This document shows positions 1 through 9,832 of a stretch of DNA of 50,446 bases, in pieces (position 1 is the first letter of the stretch; every line of letters starts with the position of its first letter). This stretch comes from an uncultured Selenomonadales bacterium (GTDB lineage: Bacteria > Bacillota > Negativicutes > Selenomonadales > Selenomonadaceae): NCBI GenBank assembly GCA_937915885.1, contig CALGGP010000229.1:1-50446 (forward strand), read 5' to 3'. The notes below the pieces were generated by a model, which was given only the letters and a program-made list of their open reading frames with translations, was not told the DNA's origin and did not search any database. Both the position numbers and the translations under genes were made by a program.

Positions 1-1
1 C

Positions 2-33
2 AGCGGGACAAGGGGATGTCCCCCTGTCCCGCT
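2..33. terminator. GC-rich stem-loop at window edge (about 13-bp stem with one bulged A, 5-nt loop)
   Basis: agcgggacaagggg / cccctgtcccgct are reverse complements apart from one extra a. No T-run follows, so terminator function is uncertain. Confidence 0.3.
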
Positions 34-62
34 CCTCACTCTTCTGAAACGGAGGAATCGCC

Positions 63-1457
63 ATGTTGTCATCTGTCCAGAGCTGCGGTTTGGCCGGCAT
101 CAACGGCTTCGCTGTGTCCGTGGAGGTCAACCTGTCCAACGGCATGGTGATGTTCGATGTGGTGGGTCTGCCGGACGCGGCGGTGAAGGAGTCCCGGGAG
201 CGGGTGCACACCGCCGTGAAGAACAGCGGCTTCTACTTCCCCTCCGGGCGTCTGGTCGTGAACCTGGCCCCGGCGGACGTGAAGAAGGAGGGCCCCGCCT
301 TCGACCTGCCCATCGCGGTGAGCATCCTGATGGCCTCCGGACAGATGCAGAACATGGATCTGAGCCAGGTGCTGATGCTGGGAGAGCTCTCCCTGGACGG
401 CAGCCTGCAGCCGGTGCGGGGAGCGCTGCCCATGGTGATCAGCGCTCATGAACAGGGCGTAGAGGAGGTCATCCTGCCCCAGGGCAATGCGGAGGAGGTC
501 GCCTGTATCCAGGGGATCCGGGTCTATCCCGCAGCCAGCCTGCGGGAGGTCGTGCAGCATCTGAACGGCGGAGAACGAATTCCGGCCCAGCGGCAGCGCA
601 GCTATGAGGAAATCCTGCGGCAGACAGTGGTCGCCTTTGACCTGGCCCAGGTCAAGGGACAGAAAGGTGTTCGCCGCGCGCTGGAGGTGGCTGCGGCCGG
701 CGGGCACAACATGCTGATGGTGGGGGTGCCTGGCAGCGGCAAAACCATGCTGGCCCGCTGCCTGCCGGGGATCCTGCCGCCGCTGACCTTCAGTGAAGCG
801 CTGGAAACCACCCGGATCCATTCGATTGCCGGGAAGCTGTCCGCGGGGAGCGGCCTGGTGGTGACACGGCCCTTCTGCGCTCCGCATCACAGCGCCTCCG
901 TGGCTTCCCTCATCGGCGGCGGTGCCAACGCCCGCCCGGGGGAGGTTTCCCTGGCTCACAACGGCGTTCTCTTCCTCGATGAGCTGCCCGAATTCTCCCG
1001 GCAGGCTCTGGAGGCCCTGCGACAGCCCCTGGAGGACGGCGTGGTTTCCGTCACCCGGGTGGCCAACCAGGCCCAGTATCAGTCCAGCTTCATGCTGGTG
1101 GCCAGCATGAATCCCTGTCCCTGCGGCAATTTCGGCAGCAGAACGAAGGCCTGCCGCTGCACCCAGAAGGACATCCGGCGGTATCTGGACCGGGTCTCAG
1201 GCCCGCTGCTGGACCGGATCGACATCCAGGTGGAGGTGGACGCCGTGCCTGTGGACGAGATCACCCAGAGCGCCCCGGCGGAATCCTCCGCGGTGGTAGG
1301 GGAGCGGGTGCGGAACGCCCGCGCCATTCAGAACCAGCGATACAGCCGGGATGGCATTCACTGCAACGCCCAGCTGGATTCCCGCCTGTCCAGAAAATAC
1401 TGCGAGCTTCCCGCTGACGCGGCCCAGATGCTGAACCTGGCCGTCGAGCGCATGGGC
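63..1457 (+). pseudogene. comM: ComM/YifB-family Mg-chelatase-like AAA+ ATPase, 3'-truncated (about 465 aa retained)
   Basis: The N-terminal Lon-protease-like domain (GLPDAAVKESRERV) and Walker A (GVPGSGKT) are present, followed by the Cys-rich CPCG..CRC insert and LDRIDIQVEV. Family-like sequence stops after ...LNLAVERMG. The expected LSARAY..ARTIADL C-terminus is absent. Confidence 0.8.
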
Positions 1458-1661
1458 CGCGACACCTCGGTCGTCGCCCGCAACGCGGCGCAAGAGGGCG
1501 TGCAGATCCGCGCCATCATCAGTTCCGACATGCACGTCGACAGCAAGGCCGCCAACGTGCGCTTCTTCATCCGGCCTGGCAAGACGCGCCTGTTTGACAA
1601 GCAGACCGGAGAGCGCGTCCACTTTGACGGCGACGCCCTAAGCGAGGCGGAGAAGCAATGA
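1458..1661 (+). pseudogene. C-terminal regulatory-domain fragment of a MalK/MsmX/UgpC-type sugar ABC transporter ATPase, fused in frame to comM
   Basis: The tail ...VRFFIRPGKTRLFDKQTGERV... resembles the end of MalK-type ATPases. Its stop overlaps the start of the downstream permease (ATGA at 1658-1661), as in an ATPase-permease operon. Confidence 0.5.
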
Positions 1662-2472
1662 ACACACGAAGCATGAAGGGCTGGCTCTACCTGATTCCCG
1701 CCATCGCCTTTTTGGGCGTCTTCGTGGTATACCCGCTCTTTGACGTCATCATCTACTCGTTCGAGGAGAGCTACAACTCCGCGTCGCAGACCTTCACCGG
1801 CGTGGGCATCTACAACTTCCAATACGTCCTGCGAGACCCGTACTTCATCCAAGCACTCAAGAACACCTTCATACTGGTCATCGTCACGGTGCCGCTCTCC
1901 ACGGGCCTTGCCCTGCTCATCTCGGTGGGCCTCAGCTCCATCAAGAAGCTGCAGGAGCTCTATCAGACCATCTTCTTCCTGCCCTATGTCACCAACACGC
2001 TGGCCGTGGGCCTGGTCTTCATGATCTTGTTCCAGAAGACGCCCTACTCGGACGGCTTCGTCAACCAGATCATCATGTTCTTCGGCGGCAACGCCGTGGA
2101 CTTCATCGACGGTCCCTACTGGGCCAAGATGACGGTCATGTGCATCTACACCATCTGGGTCGTCCTCCCGTTCAAGATCCTCATCCTCACGAGCGCCCTG
2201 GCCTCGGTGAACCCCGACTACTACAAGGCCGCGCGCGTGGACGGCACGAGCAGCTGGCGCATCTTCTACCGCATCACGCTGCCCATGATCAGCCCCATGA
2301 TCTTCTACCTGGTCATCACCGGCTTCATCGGCGCCTTCAAGGCCTACAGCGACGCCGTGGCCCTGTTCGGCACCAACCTGAACGCCGCGGAGATGAACAC
2401 CATCGTGGGCTACGTCTACGACAAGCTCTACGGCGACGGCGGCGGCTATCCCTCCTACGCCTCGGCGGCGGC
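1658..2472 (+). pseudogene. Sugar ABC transporter permease (MalF/UgpA-type), missing the last TM helix
   Basis: It has multiple TM segments and the EAA-loop-like motif YYKAARVDGTSSWRIFYRITLPM. Permease-like sequence ends at ...YPSYASAAALIL. The ORF then continues out of frame through unrelated DNA to 2629. Confidence 0.75.
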
Positions 2473-2886
2473 GCTGATACTTACGTTTATCAGGGCGGCG
2501 AGGATATTGTTCAGGATTACGCCGCAGTTGACAGGATTCAGATTAACACCGCCGATATTGCTGTTGACGCCGTTTCGACCGTTGGCACCAACGTCATCTA
2601 CACTTTCGCTGACGATATTGGAACGCTGACGATTAAGAGCGGCAAAGGCAAGACAATCAGATTTATCGACGAGGACGGCGAAGCCATTTCCGTCAGCAAC
2701 GGCAACGCGCCGGTTTCCGGTACGAGCGCTTTGATGGTGGACGATAACTTCATTGGCGGCAACACGCTCGACGATATTTCCGAAGTTACGCCGACAAATT
2801 ACAGCGTCGGGAAAATCCGCGCGAATGATTTTGAAAATCTGGCGGCGGCGGATAATTCCAGCGTTCTGGCTTACAGCGGCAAATAA
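2464..2886 (+). pseudogene. 3' fragment of an RTX / hemolysin-type calcium-binding repeat protein (no N-terminus, no start)
   Basis: The frame of ORF 2140..2886 reads GGGADTYVYQGGEDIVQDYAAVDRIQI..., which is like a GGxGxD nonapeptide followed by a beta-roll C-terminal extension. The upstream part of this frame is only the shadow of the permease gene. Confidence 0.45.
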
Positions 2887-2910
2887 AATTCCCGCGCGAT
2901 AAATTTTTTG

Positions 2911-2943
2911 GGCGCTCTCGAGAATTTTGAGGGCGCCTTTTTT
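2911..2943. terminator. Bidirectional intrinsic terminator between convergent genes
   Basis: An imperfect hairpin ggcgctctcg...tgagggcgcc is flanked by a T-run on the 5' side and a T-run on the 3' side. Confidence 0.5.
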
Positions 2944-2951
2944 ATTTGCAG

Positions 2952-3920
2952 TTATAATTCGCGGCGCAACAAATACAGGAAAAACGGCGCGCCCAGCATC
3001 GCCATTAAAATTCCTACCGGCAGTTCCGTCGGAGCAAAAATCGTCCGCGCGACCGTATCGCTGAACGTCACGACCGCCGCGCCCAAAAATCCCGTCGCGG
3101 GCAACAGCCATCGATGATCGGAGCCGATGATCAGGCGCGCGGAGTGCGGGACGATTAATCCGACGAAGCCGAGCAATCCGACGACGCAAACCGCCGACGC
3201 CGCGAGTAATGCCGCGACCGCCGTCATGAGAGTGCGGACGAGATCGACGCGTTGACCGAGCCCTTTTGCGACTTCATCACCGAGTTGCAGGACGTTTAAA
3301 TGTTTCGTGCCGAGCAGCGCGAGAATCGTTCCGACGATCGAATAGGGCAGAATGATTTCGACGTGCGACCACGACCGCGCGGATAATCCGCCGACCATCC
3401 ACAAAAGAGCGCCGTGCACTCGATCGCTGTAGAAGATCAGCATGGCGGAGATGAATGCGCCGAGGAAAGCGCTGACGGCGACGCCCGCGAGTATCACTCT
3501 GATCGGACGAATGCCATGCTTCCACGCGAGGACGTAAATCAAAAGTGCGGCGAGCATGGCTCCGACGAAGGCGGCGGGCGGGACGAGATTTACGGCGTCA
3601 TTTTTTACGAGCATCATGAAAATCCCGAACAGCCCCGCGCCCGAGGAGATGCCGATGATGTGAGGATCGGCGAGCGGATTTTTCATAACGGCTTGGAGGA
3701 TCGCGCCCGAGATCGCCAGATTGATCCCGACGAGCATGGCAACGATCGTGCGCGGCAATCTGATGTTGTCGATGATCTGATGTTCGGTCGGAGTTAAAGC
3801 CGCGCCGTCGAAAATTTTCATGGCGGGGATGTCGACGGAGCCGAAAGATAAACTTACGATGAAAGCGAGCGTCGCCACTGTCGACAGCGCGATCAACACG
3901 AAAAATTTTTTTGCAATCAT
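2952..3920 (-). CDS. FecCD-family (BtuC/FepD/FhuB-like) ABC transporter permease
   Basis: The protein is hydrophobic with about 9-10 TM segments and carries family-typical strings RLPRTIVAMLVGINLAISGAILQAVMKNPLADPHIIGISSGA and ELPVGILMAMLGAPFFLYLL. The start is set at MIAKKFF (ATG 3920), which has an upstream aaggaa RBS and an ATGA overlap with the GT2 stop. Confidence 0.85.
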   Translation of the reverse strand: MIAKKFFVLIALSTVATLAFIVSLSFGSVDIPAMKIFDGAALTPTEHQIIDNIRLPRTIVAMLVGINLAISGAILQAVMKNPLADPHIIGISSGAGLFGIFMMLVKNDAVNLVPPAAFVGAMLAALLIYVLAWKHGIRPIRVILAGVAVSAFLGAFISAMLIFYSDRVHGALLWMVGGLSARSWSHVEIILPYSIVGTILALLGTKHLNVLQLGDEVAKGLGQRVDLVRTLMTAVAALLAASAVCVVGLLGFVGLIVPHSARLIIGSDHRWLLPATGFLGAAVVTFSDTVARTIFAPTELPVGILMAMLGAPFFLYLLRREL

Positions 3921-4966
3921 TTCCTTTGAGATTCGAGTTGTCGGAGGCGAGCTATAAGCTCGAGATTTTGTCGATAGAAGACGTGATATCGATGAAACAG
4001 CCACGCCACCATTTGAGAGCGGTCGCCGAAAATTTTATCTGCCGCTTCGCCGACGGTTTTGATGACCGCCGCGTCGATCGCTCGACCGTCGAGATAATAT
4101 CCGATCAGCGCCGCCTCGTCCAACGCGCACAGATGCCTTTCGATCACTCGATACTTGTAAACGGGATTGTCATTGAAAAAATCGAAGTCCGACATGATCT
4201 CCTCAAGGTCGGAGACGAAGCCCGCCATAGTTTTTACGCTTTGACTGAGCCGTTCGAGTGTCGGCGGCTTCCTCGACTGCGATTGAATTCCGTTCCTGTA
4301 GATGTTGAAGAACTTCGGCACCTTGACAAACTTTTCGGCGCAAAGCACGCATTTCAACACAAAGCCTCTGTCTTCGACGGTTCGCGGATAAAAAATATTG
4401 TTGTCGAGCAAAAATTTTCTTCGATATAATTTATTCCAGCAGACGCAAAATCCGAACTCGCCCCGCAAATATGCTTCGACTCTTTCATGAAAATTATCTG
4501 GGGGGGCGATCGCATCTTGCGACGGAGTACATTCGCTCACCGCTCGAAACTGCTCGGAAAAATTTTGGGAGATGTTTTCGCCGTTGGAGAGCAGATAACC
4601 GATCGATGACACCACATCCGATTGATGATGCTCGGCAGTCGCGTACAACGTCTCGAGCATCGTCGGCAAATAAACATCGTCGGCATCGAGAAGCGCAACG
4701 TATTTGCCGGTTGCAGATCGAATGCCGGTGTTGCGCGTCAAAGCCGAGCCCATATTTTTTCGATTGTCGATCAACCTGACGCGCGGATTATCTCCGTAGC
4801 ACGCCCGCACCAGCTCATAACTGCCGTCGGTCGAGCCGTCGTTGATGATCAGCACCTCAATATCTTTGAACGTCTGATTGAGCGCGCTGTCAACCGCCTG
4901 CTCTATATATTTTGCCGCGTTGTACATCGGAATGATCACGGTGATCGTCGGCACCTCGATTGTCAT
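3917..4966 (-). CDS. Family 2 glycosyltransferase (GT-A fold)
   Basis: The N-terminus VIIPMYNAAKYIEQAVDSALNQTF..EVLIINDGSTDGS and the DxD-like motif LLDADDVY match the family. A GGAGGG RBS precedes the ATG. Confidence 0.85.
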   Translation of the reverse strand: MTIEVPTITVIIPMYNAAKYIEQAVDSALNQTFKDIEVLIINDGSTDGSYELVRACYGDNPRVRLIDNRKNMGSALTRNTGIRSATGKYVALLDADDVYLPTMLETLYATAEHHQSDVVSSIGYLLSNGENISQNFSEQFRAVSECTPSQDAIAPPDNFHERVEAYLRGEFGFCVCWNKLYRRKFLLDNNIFYPRTVEDRGFVLKCVLCAEKFVKVPKFFNIYRNGIQSQSRKPPTLERLSQSVKTMAGFVSDLEEIMSDFDFFNDNPVYKYRVIERHLCALDEAALIGYYLDGRAIDAAVIKTVGEAADKIFGDRSQMVAWLFHRYHVFYRQNLELIARLRQLESQRK

Positions 4967-4985
4967 GATTCAGCCCTCCGATTGA

Positions 4986-6542
4986 TTACGCCGCCTCTTT
5001 ATGTTCTGCCGACGTGGCGTCGTTGAGCAGTTTGATGCGTCCGAGCCCGATGTTGGGCATGCCGACCTTGTTAAGATATTCCGCAACAATATCTTCGACG
5101 AGATCATATTGCCCGAGGAGTTTCAGATCGGCGAGCATGTCAAAGCCGTCGCCGCCGGTGAACGCAAAATCCGTCGTCGCGATCGTGTAGGTCGCCGTGT
5201 TTTCGAGCCGATTGTTGCCGACAAAAATTTCGCCGACGCGTTCTCCGCGCGGAGCGGTCGGATCGAACTCGAACGTCATGCCGCTGACATTCATAAAGCC
5301 GCCGAACTCCGTCGGATATGCAAAAACGCTGTGCTCGAGCATGGCGCGGATTGCCTCTCCTCTGATCTCTCGCACTTGGACGTAATTGCTGAACGGGAAA
5401 ATCGAAAGCAATTCGCCGCGCGTGATCGAGCCGCTCGGCAGATCGGTGCGGATATCGCCGCCGTTGATGATCGCGATATCGGCGTGGGTCTTCCAACGGA
5501 AGGAATCGGCGACGAGATTTCCGAACTCCGACTCGCCGCAACGCACGACCGACCGATCGCCTGTCAAACGACGCTCGGCAGTGGCAACGACCTCACCAAA
5601 AATTTTTTGATTGCGCGCCTCGATATCGGCAAGTTTCGTTTCGACGACGGGATCGGGCTTGCCGGCGATCGCTTTTACTTCACTGTCGTCGAGCAACCGC
5701 GCGGATTTGGAAGTAATTCTGTGATGATCGATGTCGACCGCGACGCAACCGAGATAATGTCCGTGGCAGCCGGTTTGCGCAATGAGCGTTTTGCCGACGG
5801 TGAGACCCTCGGGCAATTCGGTGTGACTGTGACCGTCAATAATTATGTCGATGCCGTCAGTCTCGCGCGCGATGCGCTCACTCGTAAATTCGGAGCTGTC
5901 GTCGAGCCCCATGTGCATGACGCAAACAATCACATCGACCTTCGGGCGGAGTTTCGTGATCATCATCTTCGCTTGGACGATCGGATCGAGAAAATCAATC
6001 GTCGCAACGTTGGTCAACGCCGTCTTATACGCGCACTCGGGCGTCGTCAAACCAATCACGCCGACCTTGGTGCCGTCGCTCATCTTGAAAATTTTATAGG
6101 GTTTGAAGACGAGCTTTTGACTGTTACGACGGACGACGTTGGCGGCGAGCTCAACGCCTTTAAAATTTTTGGCGAGCGTCTCGAGGCGTTTGGAGCCGTA
6201 ATTGAAATCGTGATTGCCGGGGACGGAGACCTCGACGCCCGCCGCGTTCATCAGCTCGACCATATTCATGCCGGTGCTGATATTGATGCGGGGCGTGCCG
6301 TGAAAGGTGTCGCCGGCGTCGAACCAAAAGGTGTCTGGATTTTGAGCTTTGGTATTATTGACGGCGGCGGCGAACCACGCCAGCCCGATGGTCGTGCCGT
6401 TGTCGTCGGCGGGAGCGACGCGCGCGTGCTGATCGTTGGTGTGGAAGATGATCAGTTCCGACGCGTCGGCGCTCGGCAACAACACGAGCATCAAACACAA
6501 AATGAGTGCGGCGAAAATTTTTTGCCGTATGAACTTGAACAT
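4986..6542 (-). CDS. Secreted bifunctional metallophosphatase / 5'-nucleotidase (UshA/CpdB-like)
   Basis: A signal peptide MFKFIRQKIFAALILCLMLVLLPSADA is followed by metallophosphoesterase motifs HTNDQH, GDTFHG and GNHDF, and then a C-terminal 5'-nucleotidase domain. The start is chosen at the internal ATG, which has a GAGGTGA RBS. Confidence 0.85.
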   Translation of the reverse strand: MFKFIRQKIFAALILCLMLVLLPSADASELIIFHTNDQHARVAPADDNGTTIGLAWFAAAVNNTKAQNPDTFWFDAGDTFHGTPRINISTGMNMVELMNAAGVEVSVPGNHDFNYGSKRLETLAKNFKGVELAANVVRRNSQKLVFKPYKIFKMSDGTKVGVIGLTTPECAYKTALTNVATIDFLDPIVQAKMMITKLRPKVDVIVCVMHMGLDDSSEFTSERIARETDGIDIIIDGHSHTELPEGLTVGKTLIAQTGCHGHYLGCVAVDIDHHRITSKSARLLDDSEVKAIAGKPDPVVETKLADIEARNQKIFGEVVATAERRLTGDRSVVRCGESEFGNLVADSFRWKTHADIAIINGGDIRTDLPSGSITRGELLSIFPFSNYVQVREIRGEAIRAMLEHSVFAYPTEFGGFMNVSGMTFEFDPTAPRGERVGEIFVGNNRLENTATYTIATTDFAFTGGDGFDMLADLKLLGQYDLVEDIVAEYLNKVGMPNIGLGRIKLLNDATSAEHKEAA

Positions 6543-6589
6543 AAAAATCACCTCGGCGGCTTTATTCGACCGCCGCGCGGCAATTCCTT

Positions 6590-6618
6590 TTGACAGAGTC
6601 AATCGGTGAGTATATAAT
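6590..6618 (+). promoter_or_regulatory. Consensus sigma70/SigA-type promoter TTGACA-N17-TATAAT for the plus-strand operon
   Basis: TTGACA lies at 6590-6595 and TATAAT at 6613-6618, with exactly 17 nt between them. Confidence 0.6.
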
Positions 6619-6648
6619 AATTTTATGTTTGAAGGGAGGAGTGATTGT

Positions 6649-7683
6649 TTGTCATCGAATCAGACGAAGAATAAATTCGACGAGCGCTATGATATCCGTC
6701 TGGCGCGCCTCGACGAGATCGACGAGCTTATGACGTTCATCGACACTTGGTGGCGCAAGGGGCATATCATGGCGCGCGACCGAGCGATGTTCGAGTACGA
6801 GTACGTGGTCGACGGCAGAGTGAACATGATGATTGCCAAAGAAAGAGCTACGAATAAAATCGTCGGCTTCAACGGCTTTTTGATGGCGTCGAAGAACAAA
6901 GACAAGCTCGACTTATGGGGCAGCATGCGGAAAGTCGTCCCGGGCTCGATGGGATTGCTCGGCTTGGAGATCGTCAAGCGCAAGGAGCGACTTTTGAACG
7001 CGCGCTCGTATTTGAGCATGGGCATCAATGAAGATACGACCGTTCCGATCAACAAATACATGCGGCACTATGACGACGTCGGCAAGCTGACGCATTTTTA
7101 TTGTCTGTCCGATCGTTCGGATTATCGGATCGCGAAGGTTGCTCACTATGAGTCTTTCGAGGGAGAACGCGACTATCGAGTGCAGCTCACTCCGATCAAA
7201 AATCTTGACGACCTTCGGCGCGTCTACGATTTTTCCTGCAGCGAGGACGCGATCCCGTATAAGGACGAGTGGTACATCAACCGGCGATTTTTGGAGCATC
7301 CGATTTTCGAGTATCAAGTTTTCGGATTGTCGGAGGACGACGGCAAAGCTCAAGCGCTGTTGGTTTGTCGCGAGCAACCTTACGGCGGCGCGACGGCATT
7401 GCGCATCGTTGATTACATCGGCAAGCCTCACCTGTTCGGAGGGCTGTCGGGCTTTTTGAGCGACGCTCTGAAAAAATATGAGTACGTTGATCTCTACTGC
7501 CGTAACTTCGACGAAGCGTCCGTTCGACGAGCGGGGCTGATCGAGTTGTCGGACGACGACATCAACATAATCCCGAATTATTTTCAACCGTACGTGGCAA
7601 AGAACGTCGATATTTGGTGCGCCACCCCCAAGGGTAAAGCGGTGTTCTTCAAAGCGGACGGCGATCAGGATCGTCCCAACTGA
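6649..7683 (+). CDS. Hypothetical protein, possibly a GNAT / FemAB-like acyltransferase fold
   Basis: The ORF is long and compositionally normal. The proposed start is TTG 6649, 7 nt after GGGAGGAG, because ATG 6625 falls at the predicted transcription start. The N-terminal region (YDIRLARLDEIDELMTFID...) is GNAT-like only by eye. The C-terminus ends FFKADGDQDRPN. Confidence 0.5.
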   Translation: MSSNQTKNKFDERYDIRLARLDEIDELMTFIDTWWRKGHIMARDRAMFEYEYVVDGRVNMMIAKERATNKIVGFNGFLMASKNKDKLDLWGSMRKVVPGSMGLLGLEIVKRKERLLNARSYLSMGINEDTTVPINKYMRHYDDVGKLTHFYCLSDRSDYRIAKVAHYESFEGERDYRVQLTPIKNLDDLRRVYDFSCSEDAIPYKDEWYINRRFLEHPIFEYQVFGLSEDDGKAQALLVCREQPYGGATALRIVDYIGKPHLFGGLSGFLSDALKKYEYVDLYCRNFDEASVRRAGLIELSDDDINIIPNYFQPYVAKNVDIWCATPKGKAVFFKADGDQDRPN

Positions 7684-7711
7684 AATATCGATTTAGGAGA
7701 GTGGTAATGCA

Positions 7712-7963
7712 ATGGACAACCTTAATGACAGCGTCCGCGCGGTGCTGATTCAAATTCGCAAGGAGATCGAGCCGCATCTCGACGAGACCGATCTCGTGAC
7801 GAACGGACTCATCGATTCGCTTGACATCATGAATTTGATCATGAAGCTCGAGGAAACGTTTGACATCGAGATCGATCCCGAAGACGTCGTAGCCGAAAAC
7901 TTTGACTCCGTCGCGGCGATCATTGCGCTCATCAACAAATGTCGAGGTCAATCCGATGTCTGA
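7712..7963 (+). CDS. Acyl/peptidyl carrier protein (DltC/ACP-like)
   Basis: It is an 83-aa acidic protein with the phosphopantetheine-attachment-type motif GLIDSLDIMNLI. An AGGAGAG RBS precedes it. Confidence 0.8.
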   Translation: MDNLNDSVRAVLIQIRKEIEPHLDETDLVTNGLIDSLDIMNLIMKLEETFDIEIDPEDVVAENFDSVAAIIALINKCRGQSDV

Positions 7964-8406
7964 GCGAAACGAACTCGCGCTCCACCACATTGGATTTGCC
8001 GTCCGCTCAATCGAAGAAACGCGTCCCGCTTTTGAAGCGTTGGGCGCCGAATTTTTTCATGCCTCCTCCGATCTCGAGCGCAATTTAAATTTTAGTTTCG
8101 CGCGTCTGAACGGGGGGGGGGGGCTCTGCAGTAGTTGAATTGGTTTCACCGCGAGACCCGGAGTTGCCATGCGCGGTTACTCGAATGGTTGAGAAGCAGG
8201 CGTGCGCGCCCTACCACATCTGTTTGAAGACAAACGACTTGGACGCGGAGCTGAAACGATTAAAGCCGTTGGGCTTCAAACGGATCAGCACTCCGCGCAC
8301 GACACATATCCATGGTCGCGCGACGCGAGCCTGTTTCCTGTTCAGCGCGACGATGGGTTTGGTCGAACTGATTATGGAGTGTGCAACGGATGAGCAATCC
8401 CAATGA
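7956..8406 (+). pseudogene. VOC (glyoxalase / methylmalonyl-CoA-epimerase-like) enzyme interrupted by a frameshift in a G12 tract
   Basis: The N-terminal part (LHHIGFAVRSIEE...) lies in the frame of ORF 7902..8138. The C-terminal part (ELVSP....PYHICLKTNDLD...GLVELIME) lies in the frame of ORF 8140..8406. G11 or G14 would give one continuous ORF of about 150 aa. Confidence 0.65.
8112..8123 (+). repeat. Homopolymer G12 inside the VOC gene
   Basis: Counted directly, and consistent with the translation NGGGGLCSS* of the upstream ORF. Confidence 0.9.
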
Positions 8407-9832
8407 AACGATTTTATCTCGACTGAAGTTTTTCGCCGACGAGACGCCCGACAAAATTTGTTTGATCGACGGCGCGCGCGGCGAGCAATGTACCTATAAA
8501 GATTTTTGGGCTCGAGTGCTGAGATTTGCGGCGATGGTCGAGCCAAATAAATTTTATCTGTTGAAGACGCGACAGACGATCGATCATTTGATCGCCTTCT
8601 ACGGAGTGCAGGCGGCGGGCTCGACAGCGATCCCCGTCGAGGCAACGACGTCGGACGAGCGGCTCAACGAGCTTGCCGATCGATTCCGCGCGGAGCTTCT
8701 GTCGAGCGATCCAATTACGAGCGCGGAGCCGATTGATTTTGTCGAGCCCGATCCCGAGCGAATTGCCTGCGTGATCTTGACGACGGGAACGACAGGCGTC
8801 AGCAAGGGCGTGATGTCGAGCTTTCGCTGTCGATTTTGCGGCGCGGACAATGTTCGATACTCTTATTCGATCACGCCCGATGACGTTGCATTGATCCCGC
8901 AGATGTTGTCGCACAGCGGCGGGCTCCGTCGTGTTGAGGCGATGCTCGTCAGCGGCGCAACAGCTGTGATCATGGGCGCCGTGATGCTGTTCGGAAATAT
9001 TTTCGGCGCCGTCAAAAAATATCATTGCAATATCCTGCAGTTCGTCCCGACGCAAGTCGCTCAAATCCTCCGTCGGGCACGAAAACTTTTGGTCGAAGTC
9101 GCTCCGCAATTGCGCATCGTCAGCGTCGGCAGCGCCGTCATTCCCGAGCACGACAAAGAACAACTTCGAGAACTTCTGCCGACCGTTCGCTTATTCAACG
9201 ACTTCGGCTCGACGGAGGCGTGCGGCTCGGCGTATTTCGAGTGGAGCGCTTTTGAGCCCAAGCCCGATTGCGTCGGCGTTGAGAGTATTCACTCGCGCAT
9301 AGTTTTTCTCGACGACGACGGCGCGGTACTCGAGCACACCGATCGCGATCACCCGGGCATTCTTGTGACCGAGGGCGGGACTTTGATGACGGGATATTTC
9401 GACGCGCCGGATTTGACGGCGGAGGTTCTTCGCGACGGTCGAGTGTTGTCGGCGGATTTGGGCTGGCGCGGTGCGGACGGCATGATTTACATTCTCGGAC
9501 GGCGCGACGACATGATTGTCAGCGGTGCCAACAAAATTTCGCCCGTCGAGCTCGAAAATATCATATCGCGGATTGCGGGCGTCAAAGAATGCGCCTGCGT
9601 CGGAGTGTCGGACAAAATTATGGGGCAAGTGCCGGTGATTTTTGTGGTGTGGGATCGAGAGCCGCTGCCGCTCGAGTGCTTGACGGCGGAGCTTGAGAAA
9701 CGCGTCGACCGATTCAAAATCCCGCGCCCCGAAAATATTCATGTCATTGACGCCCTGCCTCGGACGCCCGGCACGGGTAAAGTTATCAAACGCGAACTTA
9801 CAGAGAGGCTGATCAAAAATGAAAACGTATGA
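8390..9832 (+). CDS. AMP-dependent adenylate-forming enzyme (DltA / acyl-CoA synthetase superfamily)
   Basis: The core motifs are present: ILTTGTTGVSKGV (A3), GSTEACG (A5), GRRDDMIVSGANKISPVELE (A8) and PRTPGTGKVIKREL (A10). The start is taken at ATG 8390; GTG 8381 is also possible. Confidence 0.9.
   Translation: MSNPNETILSRLKFFADETPDKICLIDGARGEQCTYKDFWARVLRFAAMVEPNKFYLLKTRQTIDHLIAFYGVQAAGSTAIPVEATTSDERLNELADRFRAELLSSDPITSAEPIDFVEPDPERIACVILTTGTTGVSKGVMSSFRCRFCGADNVRYSYSITPDDVALIPQMLSHSGGLRRVEAMLVSGATAVIMGAVMLFGNIFGAVKKYHCNILQFVPTQVAQILRRARKLLVEVAPQLRIVSVGSAVIPEHDKEQLRELLPTVRLFNDFGSTEACGSAYFEWSAFEPKPDCVGVESIHSRIVFLDDDGAVLEHTDRDHPGILVTEGGTLMTGYFDAPDLTAEVLRDGRVLSADLGWRGADGMIYILGRRDDMIVSGANKISPVELENIISRIAGVKECACVGVSDKIMGQVPVIFVVWDREPLPLECLTAELEKRVDRFKIPRPENIHVIDALPRTPGTGKVIKRELTERLIKNENV

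Noticed and set aside
5001-6593. A long plus-strand ORF (530 aa) antisense to the 5'-nucleotidase gene, and many similar long antisense ORFs. Examples: 69..959, 25147..26073, 26098..26922, 32110..33441, 36661..37752, 38164..39135, 45545..46435, 46619..47152.
   Set aside because: Their translations are Arg/His/Pro/Gly-rich and low in complexity. They have no recognisable motifs or RBS and lie exactly opposite genes with strong family signatures. They are typical shadow ORFs of GC-rich coding DNA.
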